From positions 65,592 through 129,591 of the forward strand of contig JAADGI010000019.1 of assembly GCA_013152415.1 (NCBI GenBank): 64,000 nt of DNA. Reading direction: 5' to 3'. This DNA is from Gammaproteobacteria bacterium. GTDB lineage: Bacteria > Pseudomonadota > Gammaproteobacteria > HyVt-429. The notes beneath the pieces were generated by a model. It ran no database searches and had not been told where the DNA came from. It was given only the letters and a program-made list of their open reading frames with translations. Made by a program: the position numbers and the translations under genes. The first letter of the stretch is position 1. Each line of letters opens with the position of its first letter. Shown one piece after another: positions 1 through 9,538 of the stretch.

Positions 1-191
1 AAATCATCCCGCAACAACTTGACAACGATGGTGCGGTTAACGGCGATATTACGGGCTTGATAGATCACCCCCATACCACCAATGTCGATAAATCGCTCGA
101 GTCGGTACTTCCCATTCAGGACTTCCCCAACCCGCTTTTGGGCTAATTCTTTATCCATAGTTCTTAAACCACAACTGCAAATTTTGCCCAT
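1..191 (-). CDS. Hanks-type Ser/Thr protein kinase, N-terminal fragment; the gene continues past the window start
   Basis: Reverse-complement translation from the ATG at 191..189 gives MGKICSCGLRTMDKELAQKRVGEVLNGKYRLERFIDIGGMGVIYQARNIAVNRTIVVKLLRDD. This contains the kinase subdomain I glycine loop (IGGMGVIY) and subdomain II (VVKLL). An alternative start is M12 at 158..156. There is no clear Shine-Dalgarno sequence. Confidence 0.6.
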   Translation of the reverse strand, partial: MGKICSCGLRTMDKELAQKRVGEVLNGKYRLERFIDIGGMGVIYQARNIAVNRTIVVKLLRDD

Positions 192-814
192 GATACGTTA
201 AGTCACATCACCAAAGGAACAGAGAACTGTACTTAACACTAAGGGAAACGAAAGTGAGCTGACATCCCTCATCAGTGGGACGCGGTGAATACGTCCCTGC
301 ACGCTTGATGGCAGCGTCCATGCTGCCAACGCCCGTTGATGGAGGATGTCAGCTAAGCAATGACTCAATTAGTGGCAACGGGGATAAAACCTGCATCACC
401 GCAAACCGAACACAATCAGAGAGGTGATTTTGTCACAACGGCCTTAGGTATCGACACACCACACTACAACACCATGCATTCGAGCAGTGACAAAGGACGG
501 GGTCAGCTGTCCAGTAACAAATGAGTAATTGGCTATGGCATCACACTTGATAACAGGCCCAAGCGCATCATGGTCCCCCGCACATTGCCCGCTAAACTTT
601 AGTAGCGTAGCCCTGTAGCACCCGTTTTAGGGTCTGATTAGTGGTTCAATGCCTTTAATAGACTTAATTATCAATAAGTTATGCAGATTACTACAATCAT
701 TTATCAGAAATAGCCTCTATAGTATTGAGTTTGAAGTTAAATACTGCTAATTTTAATGTAGTTTCTCACTGTAAATTGTTCAGGACAGGGTCCACAGGGC
801 TTGAGGAGTACACC

Positions 815-1414
815 ATGAACACTAACAAGCGATGCAAGGGCCTGCTCCTTGCCACCCTCTTTGTATACGGTTTGGCCACCAGCCTACCCACCCTGGCAGA
901 AAGCCCAACCTGGTTTGGCAAAAAGGCTACGGGGACATGGATGGCGGGCATCAAGGCCGGCAACATGATCAACGAAGGTACAGACTTCTCCGATTCTTCC
1001 AATGTCGGCTTGTTGGTGGGGTACACTTTTGCCAAACCCATCGGTGACGCTGGCGGCAGCACCTCGGTGGAATTCGAAATGACCACCAGTGCCGACAGAG
1101 GCACCTTTGGTAATAATAGCGCCCTGGCCACCACCGGCAAGTGGGATGTCGAAAGCAAGGCCCTCTACGTTGCCTATCGCAGCGCCGGTACGGTCTATTT
1201 TAAAGGCAAACTGGGGGGCGTCATCGCCGACATCACCACGGAACGGGATAGTGGCGCAACCAGCAACGATACCGTAGAAGATGCCAAGGTCTCTCTGGGT
1301 GCCGGACTGGGTATGCGCATTAGCGAAAAGGCCAATATTGAGTTGGAGTGGGCCAGCGGTATAGGTGAAAACGACATCAACTATGTAAGCCTGGGTGCAG
1401 TATTTAATTTTTAA
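815..1414 (+). CDS. Small outer-membrane beta-barrel protein (OmpW/OmpA-like, 8-strand type)
   Basis: The start is the internal M of ORF 725..1414 (MNTNKRCKGLLLATLFVYGLATSLPTLA is a signal peptide). A GAGGAG ribosome-binding site lies 8 nt upstream. The protein has alternating amphipathic strands and the C-terminal aromatic motif VFNF typical of outer-membrane proteins. Confidence 0.7.
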   Translation: MNTNKRCKGLLLATLFVYGLATSLPTLAESPTWFGKKATGTWMAGIKAGNMINEGTDFSDSSNVGLLVGYTFAKPIGDAGGSTSVEFEMTTSADRGTFGNNSALATTGKWDVESKALYVAYRSAGTVYFKGKLGGVIADITTERDSGATSNDTVEDAKVSLGAGLGMRISEKANIELEWASGIGENDINYVSLGAVFNF

Positions 1415-1442
1415 AAGATAACGCAGCCAAAGGCCACTGCGC

Positions 1443-2564
1443 TCACTCCACTAGTGCCTTCGCCTTAGACCCTTGCGCAGATTCCAGGTGCAGGGTCTGG
1501 GTGGGGAAGGCAAATTCCAGCCCTATGGCCTCGACCAGTTTCATAATCTTGAGATTGATTTGCTCTCGAGCCTGTAGATGGGCCTGCCAAGCGGTGTCTT
1601 TGGTAAAATAGTAAACCAACACATCCAGTGAATAGGCAGAAAAATCGGTGAACTTCACCATTATAAAATCTTGATCCACCTTTGGGTCCGTGGTCAAGAG
1701 CTCCTGAATACCGGCCACCAGTTTTTCCATTTTCTCCGCGCTGGCGCTATAGGTCATCCCAATCACCTGCTTGACCCGACGCTTGGGCATCCGCGACCAA
1801 TTCTTGATGACCTTGGCAGCCAATTCCTTGTTGGGGATGCTGATCAAGGACTTATCCCACGCTCGAACCTTAGTCGAGCGAAACCCAATCTCTTCCACAT
1901 CACCATCGATAAATTCATCCAACTGAATCCAATCGCCCACCTTAAAGGGACGGTCAGTAAGCAACATCAATGAACCAAAAAAGTTGGCGAGGGTCTCCTG
2001 GGCGGCAAAGGCAACCGCCAAACCACCAATACCCAAGCCCGCAAGTAGACTGGTAATGCTATAGCCCAGATTCTGTACCACAATGAGGGTGCCGATAATC
2101 CAGGTGGTGATGCTCAACAACTGGCGGATCACCACCTGAAATTGACCACGCAGGGCCGGGTCTGCCCGTGATACCAGGCTATCCAGTATCTCTGCCACCA
2201 CTGCAGACAAACGGTGGACAGCGTAAATCAGCAGCACTGCTGCCGCCACCAACAGGGCATTATCCACCAAGCCGGCCGTATCCACCGGGCTTGTGGGCAA
2301 GGGTAATAATTGCACCGCAAGATAAACACCCAACACCAGGAATAGACCACTGATACTCGGGGTAACGGCATCAATTAATTTTTCATCGTAACGAAATCGT
2401 GTGCGCTTGGCGATGCGGTGAAGCCGTCCAATAATGCTACGCGTCACCAGGCGGCGCAGAATCAGCACCAACATGACAACAAAGAATGCCGCCGCACCCC
2501 GCCATAAGGTGCTGTCATTGACCCAAGCAGGCCACCATTCATTGAGTCGATCAAGAATTTCCAT
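1443..2564 (-). CDS. Mechanosensitive ion channel, MscS family
   Basis: The N-terminal half is hydrophobic. The conserved MscS core reads FKVGDWIQLDEF..GDVEEIGFRSTKVRAWDKSLISIPNKELA. Confidence 0.85.
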   Translation of the reverse strand: MEILDRLNEWWPAWVNDSTLWRGAAAFFVVMLVLILRRLVTRSIIGRLHRIAKRTRFRYDEKLIDAVTPSISGLFLVLGVYLAVQLLPLPTSPVDTAGLVDNALLVAAAVLLIYAVHRLSAVVAEILDSLVSRADPALRGQFQVVIRQLLSITTWIIGTLIVVQNLGYSITSLLAGLGIGGLAVAFAAQETLANFFGSLMLLTDRPFKVGDWIQLDEFIDGDVEEIGFRSTKVRAWDKSLISIPNKELAAKVIKNWSRMPKRRVKQVIGMTYSASAEKMEKLVAGIQELLTTDPKVDQDFIMVKFTDFSAYSLDVLVYYFTKDTAWQAHLQAREQINLKIMKLVEAIGLEFAFPTQTLHLESAQGSKAKALVE

Positions 2565-2743
2565 GGGTTTATTTTGGATAGAAGTTAGTTTGTACTTATG
2601 AAATTATTATACCATAGCAGCTATATTGCGTAGCTGAACCTGGGTGTTTGCTTGGCTCCGGTTTTTGGCAACTCAAGGAACCCTGGGTCAGGCTGTTTTG
2701 TCCGACTTGGCAGTGACCCAATAATAACGATGGAGGATGTATC

Positions 2744-3313
2744 ATGGTGGGCAAAAAGAATATCGTGTTTGGCTTTATCTACCTAGTCTTTACTGCCGCA
2801 TTGGGCCCGGTGATGATTTTAAACTATGTCGGCGATGTCAATAGCAGCCGTAGCGCCAAACAAATCCAGATCGGTGACCTGCAAAATGCCGTGGATGCAG
2901 GATTTGAGTTGGATCTGGACCCCATGAGTGCAGACACGATCGCCAAACAAAATAGTCTTGCCCTACTCTCCCTCTCCGCCTATCTCAATAGCCAGGAGCC
3001 CATCAATGCGATTAAAGGGGGGCCCCATAGCCATGGCAACCTGGAGGCCATGCTGAACATCGTAGTAGGTCTCATGTTATGCCTTGTGGCCGTGACCCCG
3101 CTACTCAAACAGATTATCAGCTGGCTATTTATCATCGGCACCCTCGGTCACTCGGGGCTGCTCTACCTGGCCGTTGGCCTGGAACAGGCCTGGGCCGGTT
3201 CGTTGCTCATCGGCCCTGTGGGCTATGTGGGGCCCAGTCTTATCCTGATAGGGCTGTTATTGGCCGGAGTCGCGGCGGCCATAGGCTTTCGTGGTACCCC
3301 CGTCGAGGACTAA
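2744..3313 (+). CDS. Hypothetical integral membrane protein
   Basis: 189 aa with several hydrophobic segments and no recognisable motif. It converges on the ATP-grasp gene with a 9-bp gap. Confidence 0.5.
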   Translation: MVGKKNIVFGFIYLVFTAALGPVMILNYVGDVNSSRSAKQIQIGDLQNAVDAGFELDLDPMSADTIAKQNSLALLSLSAYLNSQEPINAIKGGPHSHGNLEAMLNIVVGLMLCLVAVTPLLKQIISWLFIIGTLGHSGLLYLAVGLEQAWAGSLLIGPVGYVGPSLILIGLLLAGVAAAIGFRGTPVED

Positions 3314-3322
3314 CAACTGTAA

Positions 3323-4594
3323 TCAATCCACCACAACGGCCCGCCACAGGGGTGCTATGACGATATTCAAGGCCTGGTGGGCACTGCGCAGGGCCGCTTC
3401 CACTTCCACCGGACCCGGACCACTGGCAAATATGAACCCAAGATAACTGCCACCCTCAGGCAGAGGCACCAGTTCGTATCCGTCACGTTGCTGGATCACC
3501 ACTTCATCAATATAGGCTATGGCCTGAGCATCACCGATGCCCTCCACCCGCCGCAATATGCCCGCAGCGGGTATAGGGATCATCAATACACCCGCGCCTC
3601 CCTGGGTCTGAACATCGTCTTTGCGTCTTCCCAGTGCATGCTGCAAGACCAATTCTTCCAGGGATTTTCCCGTCCCCCATTTGAGTAGCCGTGCGCACAG
3701 CCCACCCAGGGTCCTGGCAGCAACTTCCACGATCCACACACCCTGATCATTCATCCGACATTCCGCATGGATGGGACCCTGGCGCAGACCGTAAGCGGCA
3801 CAGGCCTGACTGACGGCCTCCACCACGGCCTGGAGCTGTACCGAGCCCAATCGTGATGGGGTGATATAGTAGCTTTCTTCAAAATAGGGACCCTCCAAAG
3901 GATCCGGCTTATCAAATACCGCCAGGGTCTGGAGATCCCCATCCCACAACATCCCCTCAAAGGCAATCTCTTCACCGGGGATATAGGCCTCCACTAATAT
4001 CCGATCTCGTTGAACCGTATCGCTCTCGGTCTGTAACAGTGCCTGTACTCGACTGATGGCCGGGCACAATGCCTCAGGCTCATCGACACGCATAACACCA
4101 CGACTGGCAGACAGGTCTACCGGTTTAATCACACAGGGATAGGTGACGTCGGCCACCTGATTGGACAGTGGCTGCTTGAGATCGATGATCCAGAACCGGG
4201 GAATCCTGAGCCCGGCCTGCTGTAGCCGCTGCCGAGCCAGGTCCTTGCGCCGGGCGACGTGAACCCCATCAATGGGATTATGGGGCAAACCCAGGTGCGC
4301 ACAGGCCATGGCTGCCAACTCGGTAGTGCTGTCATCGGTGCCGATGACAGCCACAAAGGGACCACGCCGCCGGGCATCATCCTGGATAAGGCCCAATGCC
4401 GCATCCCTATCCTGCGGGGGTAGCCCAAGCCCCTGGGCAAAGTCAGAAACGATAGAGTGTTCGCCCCAGGAGGCAATGAGTGGCTGTAGACCCAGTGCGT
4501 AAGCGGCCGCCACAAACGGGGCAGCACGATAACTGCCGTGGGGGCTAATAAACAAAACCCGGTGTGCCACCGGGTTTTGTCTTGCCAGAACCAT
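3323..4594 (-). CDS. ATP-grasp domain protein (carboxylate-amine / L-amino-acid-ligase-like)
   Basis: The ATP-grasp fold motifs are present: RKDLARQRLQQAGLRIPRF, YPCVIKPVDLSASRGV, FEESYYITPS, IVEVAARTLGG. It lies 28 bp downstream of the A-type carrier gene on the same strand. Confidence 0.75.
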   Translation of the reverse strand: MVLARQNPVAHRVLFISPHGSYRAAPFVAAAYALGLQPLIASWGEHSIVSDFAQGLGLPPQDRDAALGLIQDDARRRGPFVAVIGTDDSTTELAAMACAHLGLPHNPIDGVHVARRKDLARQRLQQAGLRIPRFWIIDLKQPLSNQVADVTYPCVIKPVDLSASRGVMRVDEPEALCPAISRVQALLQTESDTVQRDRILVEAYIPGEEIAFEGMLWDGDLQTLAVFDKPDPLEGPYFEESYYITPSRLGSVQLQAVVEAVSQACAAYGLRQGPIHAECRMNDQGVWIVEVAARTLGGLCARLLKWGTGKSLEELVLQHALGRRKDDVQTQGGAGVLMIPIPAAGILRRVEGIGDAQAIAYIDEVVIQQRDGYELVPLPEGGSYLGFIFASGPGPVEVEAALRSAHQALNIVIAPLWRAVVVD

Positions 4595-4622
4595 GAACTA
4601 CGACCCTGGGCCGCAGGATCCT

Positions 4623-5021
4623 TTAGATACCACAACCGCCGCCACCACTGGCTCCCCCACAACCGCCACAGGCACCGGAACCGCCCACGGCCTGGAAGAC
4701 ATTATTAAACACAAAACTTTGATTGGCACCTTCAGACTTAAAATCCACCTCACAACCGTGCAAATAATTGAGCGCTACGGGGTCCACCAGTATCTTTACA
4801 CCGTCACCCTCCAAGACACTGTCATACTGAGTCTGGCTGTCGGTAAAGGTCATACCGTAGCTCATCCCGCCACAACCACCACCGGACACAAAGATACGCA
4901 CCGAATCGATATCTTCATCTGCACCGGCCAGCAGTTCGACCATTTTCAGGCGCGCCGGCTCGGTCAAGCTGATCTGTGAGCTATCGATCTGTTTTTTATA
5001 CTCTACGGTCGCATTGGGCAT
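4623..5021 (-). CDS. A-type iron-sulfur carrier (ErpA/IscA/HesB family) with an atypical Gly/Cys-rich C-terminus
   Basis: VRIFVSGGGCGGMSYGMTFTD and ILVDPVALNYLHG match ErpA/IscA. The C-terminus is GGSGACGGCGGASGGGGCGI instead of the usual CGCGSSF. The start at 5021 has a weak AAGAGA site upstream; an alternative ATG is at 5045. Confidence 0.7.
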   Translation of the reverse strand: MPNATVEYKKQIDSSQISLTEPARLKMVELLAGADEDIDSVRIFVSGGGCGGMSYGMTFTDSQTQYDSVLEGDGVKILVDPVALNYLHGCEVDFKSEGANQSFVFNNVFQAVGGSGACGGCGGASGGGGCGI

Positions 5022-5191
5022 AGTTGATTCTCTTGGTGGTTTCATTGCTGATATAATATGTACTATACTTGACCGATTTGGTCAATATTAGTTCATCCAT
5101 TTTGAATCCTGGGTGTGTGGTGTATCGGGCTGGCCAGTTTGACTTGGCACCGGATCGAGGCCATTCAAGCCCATTTATTTGGAAAGTACCT

Positions 5192-5476
5192 ATGTCCCGT
5201 CTTGTCTATTGTCAGGTTCTGAAAACCGAGGCCGAAGGCCTGGATGCCCCTCCCCATCCCGGTACCCTGGGGGAGCGTATCTATGCGGATGTCTCCAAGG
5301 AAGGCTGGAATAAGTGGCTGGAGCGTCTCACCTCTATTATCAACGAAAACGGTCTCAACACCGCAGATGAGAAAACCATTGAGGTGATCGAGCAACACAT
5401 GTTGGGTTTTTTGTTTGGTGAAGGCGACCTGGGTTCTCTGCCCGCAGGGTTTGCAGCACCGGGGGCAAAAAAGTAA
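5192..5476 (+). CDS. yggX: Fe(2+)-trafficking / oxidative-damage protection protein YggX
   Basis: MSRLVYCQVLKTEAEGLDAPPHPGTLGERIYADVSKEGWNKWLERLTSIINE aligns end-to-end with YggX. The start is the internal M of ORF 5069..5476, with a GGAAAG ribosome-binding site. Confidence 0.85.
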   Translation: MSRLVYCQVLKTEAEGLDAPPHPGTLGERIYADVSKEGWNKWLERLTSIINENGLNTADEKTIEVIEQHMLGFLFGEGDLGSLPAGFAAPGAKK

Positions 5477-5494
5477 GACCCACCCGCTACGGTA

Positions 5495-5875
5495 TTAAGG
5501 CTTTTCAAGCGTCACAAATGCGATCGCATGATCACGTTCGTCCGAAATACTGAGATGGCTTGCCACTATATCTTGTGCCCGAATAAAGGCTAAGGCCTTG
5601 GCTTCAAACCGAAGCCGGGGCTGACCCCTTTTATTGTTGATTACACTAATCTGTTGCATACCGATACCGTCACTGAATCCGGTACCCATAGCCTTGGCTG
5701 CCGCCTCTTTCGCAGCAAATCGCTTTGCGAGAAAATAGGGCTTCCTTTTATTGGACTGATATTCCTTAAACTCTTCCTGGTTGAGTATACGACGTGCGAA
5801 GCGATCCCCAAATCGATCCAGATTAGACTGTATCCGGGCCACGCACACCAAATCAGTCCCTATTCCAAAGATCAT
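5495..5875 (-). CDS. acpS: Holo-[acyl-carrier-protein] synthase
   Basis: [15 protein letters not shown]...[14 protein letters not shown] matches AcpS. It overlaps pdxJ by 4 nt. Confidence 0.9.
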   Translation of the reverse strand: MIFGIGTDLVCVARIQSNLDRFGDRFARRILNQEEFKEYQSNKRKPYFLAKRFAAKEAAAKAMGTGFSDGIGMQQISVINNKRGQPRLRFEAKALAFIRAQDIVASHLSISDERDHAIAFVTLEKP

Positions 5876-6618
5876 AGCGATCGTGCCTCGATCATCAGTT
5901 GTTTTATCTCTGCGACCGCTGCTCCAAGCCCGATAAAAATGGCACGGGCAACAATGGCATGACCAATATTGAGTTCGATGATTTCAGGAAATGCGGCCAC
6001 AGGCTTGATGTTGTCATAATGCAGCCCATGGCCTGCATTGACCTGCATCCCTAAATCTCGGCCAAGCTGCACCGCTGTCTGGATTCGGTTCAACTCCGTA
6101 TCCACTGTCTGCTTGGTCGTAGCGCTGGCATAACACCCGGTATGTATCTCTATAACAGGCGCACCACAGTCCGCGCTTGCCTGTATCTGCTCAGGTTCCG
6201 GATCAACAAATAGAGATACTCGAATACCTTTTTCACCCAGGCGTGCACATGCCTCGCCGATACGTCCCGACTGACCCACCACATCCAAGCCCCCCTCGGT
6301 GGTCAGTTCCTGTCGTCGCTCTGGCACCAGACAGCAGTCTTGCGGTTGAATACCACATGCGATCCCTATCATTTCTTCAGTGACCGCCATCTCCAGATTC
6401 ATTTTGGTGGTGAGAACTTGGTGCAATCTCGCTACATCTTTATCCTGAATGTGGCGCCGGTCTTCACGCAAATGGACCGTTATACCATCGGCACCGTTGC
6501 TCTCGGCCTGGCGAGCAGCCTCAACAATATCCGGGTAAGGCGTTAAACGTGATTGGCGCAGGGAGGCCACGTGGTCAATATTGACCCCCAGCAAGATTAC
6601 TTCTTCAGTCAATGTCAC
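5872..6618 (-). CDS. pdxJ: Pyridoxine 5'-phosphate synthase
   Basis: [16 protein letters not shown]...[13 protein letters not shown] is the PdxJ signature. Confidence 0.9.
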   Translation of the reverse strand: MTLTEEVILLGVNIDHVASLRQSRLTPYPDIVEAARQAESNGADGITVHLREDRRHIQDKDVARLHQVLTTKMNLEMAVTEEMIGIACGIQPQDCCLVPERRQELTTEGGLDVVGQSGRIGEACARLGEKGIRVSLFVDPEPEQIQASADCGAPVIEIHTGCYASATTKQTVDTELNRIQTAVQLGRDLGMQVNAGHGLHYDNIKPVAAFPEIIELNIGHAIVARAIFIGLGAAVAEIKQLMIEARSL

Positions 6619-6646
6619 TTCTCACTCATTATACGATAAATATTTA

Positions 6647-6816
6647 CGCCGCTAAGGCGCTAAGGCGCAAAGAAAAGCAATACAATGTGTTCACTACTAT
6701 AGTGCACATGCTAACTCAAAGGCCGAGAGGCAAGACTGCGATTTATGCGCCCAACCTACTCACAAAAATTAGTGAATATCACTCCATTTCCCTCTGCGTC
6801 TTCGCGCCTTTGCGGC
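6647..6816. repeat. Intergenic inverted-repeat element, family copy E
   Basis: The left arm is GCCGCTAAGGCGCTAAGGCGCAAAG. The right arm CTCTGCGTCTTCGCGCCTTTGCGGC is its imperfect reverse complement. It is related to the CTCTCGCCAAGGCGCCAAG elements elsewhere in the window. Confidence 0.5.
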
Positions 6817-6824
6817 AAAAATTA

Positions 6825-7598
6825 CTAAGCAATCGTCTTGTTTCTAAACACGGTAATCTGTTGATATAGGCGGCGACTGTGCAAGGGCTTCCCATTCAGG
6901 TAGATGGCAAGAATCGCACGCATCAATTGTTTGGCCTCACGGAGCGATTCATCGCCTTGCAAGGATTCGGCCGCCAAAGCCTGTAGTGTAGCACCATGGA
7001 GCAGTATACCCTGGGATTCCTGCCCATTGACGGGCATCGGACCACGATCGGGAATATACCGGTACAGTGTGCCCGCGTCTAACTCCCCGTCCCCACTACC
7101 GGTCTTATCAAGCAACAGGGCATAACCCAATTCAGCAAGCAGGTGTTTCTCAAAAATACGGAGGATAGGCTCCCATCCTGAGTCTGCCAGTAAGCCCTCA
7201 AGAGACAGGCAATATTCATCAAAAAGTTTTTGATGAGCATCATGACGATGTAATAATCGCAACACAAGCTCATTGAGATAAAATGCGAAAAAGAAACGAT
7301 CCCCTATTAAGGCCAGACTTGAAGAAACAGCCTCCGCACCTGTTAGTACGCCTAGCTCTCCCTTGCCCGACCAACCAATCCGAAGTGGCTGGAAGGGTGC
7401 GAGCAGACCTCGAAATTGTGATTTGGGTCGTTTGGCCCCTTTGGCAATAAGTCCCAAGCGGCCATATTCGCGGGTAAACACCTCTAACAACAGACTGGTC
7501 TCACGATAATCTCTCGCTTGCAACACAAATGCAGGTTGCTGCTCAACCCGCACCCTATAAATCCTCGATGTATCCCAATAACCGCAAGGCCTGAGCAC
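6825..7598 (-). CDS. recO: DNA repair protein RecO
   Basis: QPAFVLQARDYRETSLLLEVFTREYGRLGLIAKGAKR matches the RecO N-terminus. The true start is probably internal (the ORF overlaps era by 44 nt). Confidence 0.85.
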   Translation of the reverse strand: MLRPCGYWDTSRIYRVRVEQQPAFVLQARDYRETSLLLEVFTREYGRLGLIAKGAKRPKSQFRGLLAPFQPLRIGWSGKGELGVLTGAEAVSSSLALIGDRFFFAFYLNELVLRLLHRHDAHQKLFDEYCLSLEGLLADSGWEPILRIFEKHLLAELGYALLLDKTGSGDGELDAGTLYRYIPDRGPMPVNGQESQGILLHGATLQALAAESLQGDESLREAKQLMRAILAIYLNGKPLHSRRLYQQITVFRNKTIA

Positions 7599-8454
7599 TA
7601 TCAGTCCAGTCCTGCTTTAATTTTACCCACAACTCAAGGTAAACCTTGGAATTAAAATAGGCCTCAAGTGATTTTCTGGCCTGGCTACCCACTTGTTTGA
7701 GACGCTCACCTTGTTTACCAATAACAATGCCCTTCTGCCCAGGGCGTTCCACCAGTATCACAGCTCCAATGCGTAATATTTTTTTGTCTCTCTCGAGGGA
7801 ATCGATTTGCACGGCAATGGAATAAGGTAACTCTTGCCCTAATTGGTTGAATAATTGCTCGCGAATAAATTCGGCTGCCATAAAGCGTTCGCTACGATCG
7901 GTCAATTGATCAGAGGGAAACCCGGCTGGCGAGGCAGGCATCAAAGAAATGATCTGCTCTTCCAAAATATCCATGTTGGTGCCCCGTGTCGCCGATACCG
8001 GGATAATATTGCTAAACTCTGCCATCGCGCTGGATTCTTCTATCAGGGGCAATAAATCAGGCTTTCTGGCCAAGCGATCAATTTTATTGATGATCAGGAT
8101 CGACGGACAAGTGTGGCCCTTAACCCATTTTAAGGGTACCTCATCGGCGGGTGTCCACCCCTTGGCACTAATGACCAGGGCGATCAGATCAACACCTTCT
8201 ATGCTGGATTGTGCGGTTCGATTCAGCACCGCATTGATTTCCCTTTTGCGTGCGGCATGAACACCAGGGGTATCAACAAAAATCAACTGGTTATCGGCAT
8301 TATTTTTAATGCCCAGTATACGATGACGGGTGGTTTGTGGGCGCCTACTGGTAATACTCAACTTGCGTCCCAGCAAGGCATTGATCAGCGTCGATTTACC
8401 CACGTTGGGACGTCCCAAGAGGGTCACAAAACCACAACGAAAACCCTCAGTCAT
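7555..8454 (-). CDS. era: GTPase Era
   Basis: The G1 motif GRPNVGKST and DTPG are present, followed by a C-terminal KH domain. Confidence 0.95.
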   Translation of the reverse strand: MTEGFRCGFVTLLGRPNVGKSTLINALLGRKLSITSRRPQTTRHRILGIKNNADNQLIFVDTPGVHAARKREINAVLNRTAQSSIEGVDLIALVISAKGWTPADEVPLKWVKGHTCPSILIINKIDRLARKPDLLPLIEESSAMAEFSNIIPVSATRGTNMDILEEQIISLMPASPAGFPSDQLTDRSERFMAAEFIREQLFNQLGQELPYSIAVQIDSLERDKKILRIGAVILVERPGQKGIVIGKQGERLKQVGSQARKSLEAYFNSKVYLELWVKLKQDWTDSAQALRLLGYIEDL

Positions 8455-9148
8455 CGCAATTTTCTAGCAACGCATAGGCCTGGGCAGCGGCTTGTTGTTC
8501 GGCATATCGGCGACTGCTGCCTTCTCCACGCACCGGTTCTGGCAAGCACTCCACTTGGCAGTGAACAATAAAATGTTGGTGGTGGGCCTCACCCTGCACA
8601 GCCAACACACTGTAATGGGGCACCGCTATGGAACGCTTTTGGAGCCATTCTTGCAGCCTTGTTTTCGGGTCTTTGAGCAACTCATCGGGATTGACGGACG
8701 CTAAAATTGGAGAAAACTGGCGCTCAATAAACCGCCTTGCAGGCTCAATACCCGCATCTTTGTATATCGCGCCTATTAGAGACTCGAACACATCTGCCAA
8801 TATAGAGTCACGGTTGAAGCCGCCACTTTTTAGCTCTCCAGGGCCCAAAAGAATCTGTGGCCCCAAATCCAGATCTCTGGCAATACGGGCCAGGGATTCT
8901 TTACATACCAAACTTGCCCTTATACGTGTTAAGTCACCCTCGCGGGTAAGCGGGAATCGATCAAATAGCGACTCCGCAATAACCATTCCCAATACACTGT
9001 CGCCCAAATACTCCAGCCGCTCGTAATTATCTGCACCTTTGCTGCGGTGGGTTAATGCCTGGCGCAGCAAATCACCATCACTAAATTGATGATTAAGTAC
9101 TCTGGCAGACCAGGATTCCTGCTTATCTATACCTACTGACCTCGACAC
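8447..9148 (-). CDS. rnc: Ribonuclease III
   Basis: The RNase III signature ERLEYLGDSVLGMVIAESLF is present. It overlaps era by 8 nt. Confidence 0.95.
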   Translation of the reverse strand: MSRSVGIDKQESWSARVLNHQFSDGDLLRQALTHRSKGADNYERLEYLGDSVLGMVIAESLFDRFPLTREGDLTRIRASLVCKESLARIARDLDLGPQILLGPGELKSGGFNRDSILADVFESLIGAIYKDAGIEPARRFIERQFSPILASVNPDELLKDPKTRLQEWLQKRSIAVPHYSVLAVQGEAHHQHFIVHCQVECLPEPVRGEGSSRRYAEQQAAAQAYALLENCDD

Positions 9149-9515
9149 GATTCTCGAATTCGATTAGGGCGCTGAGATTAAAAGCCAGGGGTTCTACGTG
9201 CTCATAACTAATCACAAATGCCCTACCACGGGAACCACGTTCAATTTTTAATGCCGTTTTTAAGTCAACTAATCCACCCGCATAATCAATGTAAAGAATC
9301 TTATCCAAGCGATTTATTATAAAACTCTTTGTGGCAGTGGCAGCACCCGGTTCCGATGCAACAGTTTCTAACGCCCGCTTTAGCTTATAATTTGCCATAT
9401 AAGGGGGAAACAACTTCATAAACAGTAGGGTGAAAAATGCCACCAATATCATCATTCCCAGCAACCCCCATAAGGTCCAACCCGATTGCTGTCTAATGCC
9501 GCCTATTTCACGCAT
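9123..9515 (-). CDS. Small membrane-anchored protein of the DUF4845 type, conserved between lepB and rnc
   Basis: The internal start MREIGGIRQQSGWTLWGLLGMMILVAFFT begins a single TM helix. Its position matches the conserved small ORF in this operon. Confidence 0.55.
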   Translation of the reverse strand: MREIGGIRQQSGWTLWGLLGMMILVAFFTLLFMKLFPPYMANYKLKRALETVASEPGAATATKSFIINRLDKILYIDYAGGLVDLKTALKIERGSRGRAFVISYEHVEPLAFNLSALIEFENRVEVSRYR

Positions 9516-9538
9516 AGCCCTTCTCACTGTTGATCTTG

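Noticed and set aside
4129-4662. 177-aa ORF on the - strand overlapping the ATP-grasp gene out of frame
   Set aside because: It is an alternative frame of the same strand within a gene with clear ATP-grasp motifs. Its composition is Trp/Arg/Pro-rich and non-protein-like.
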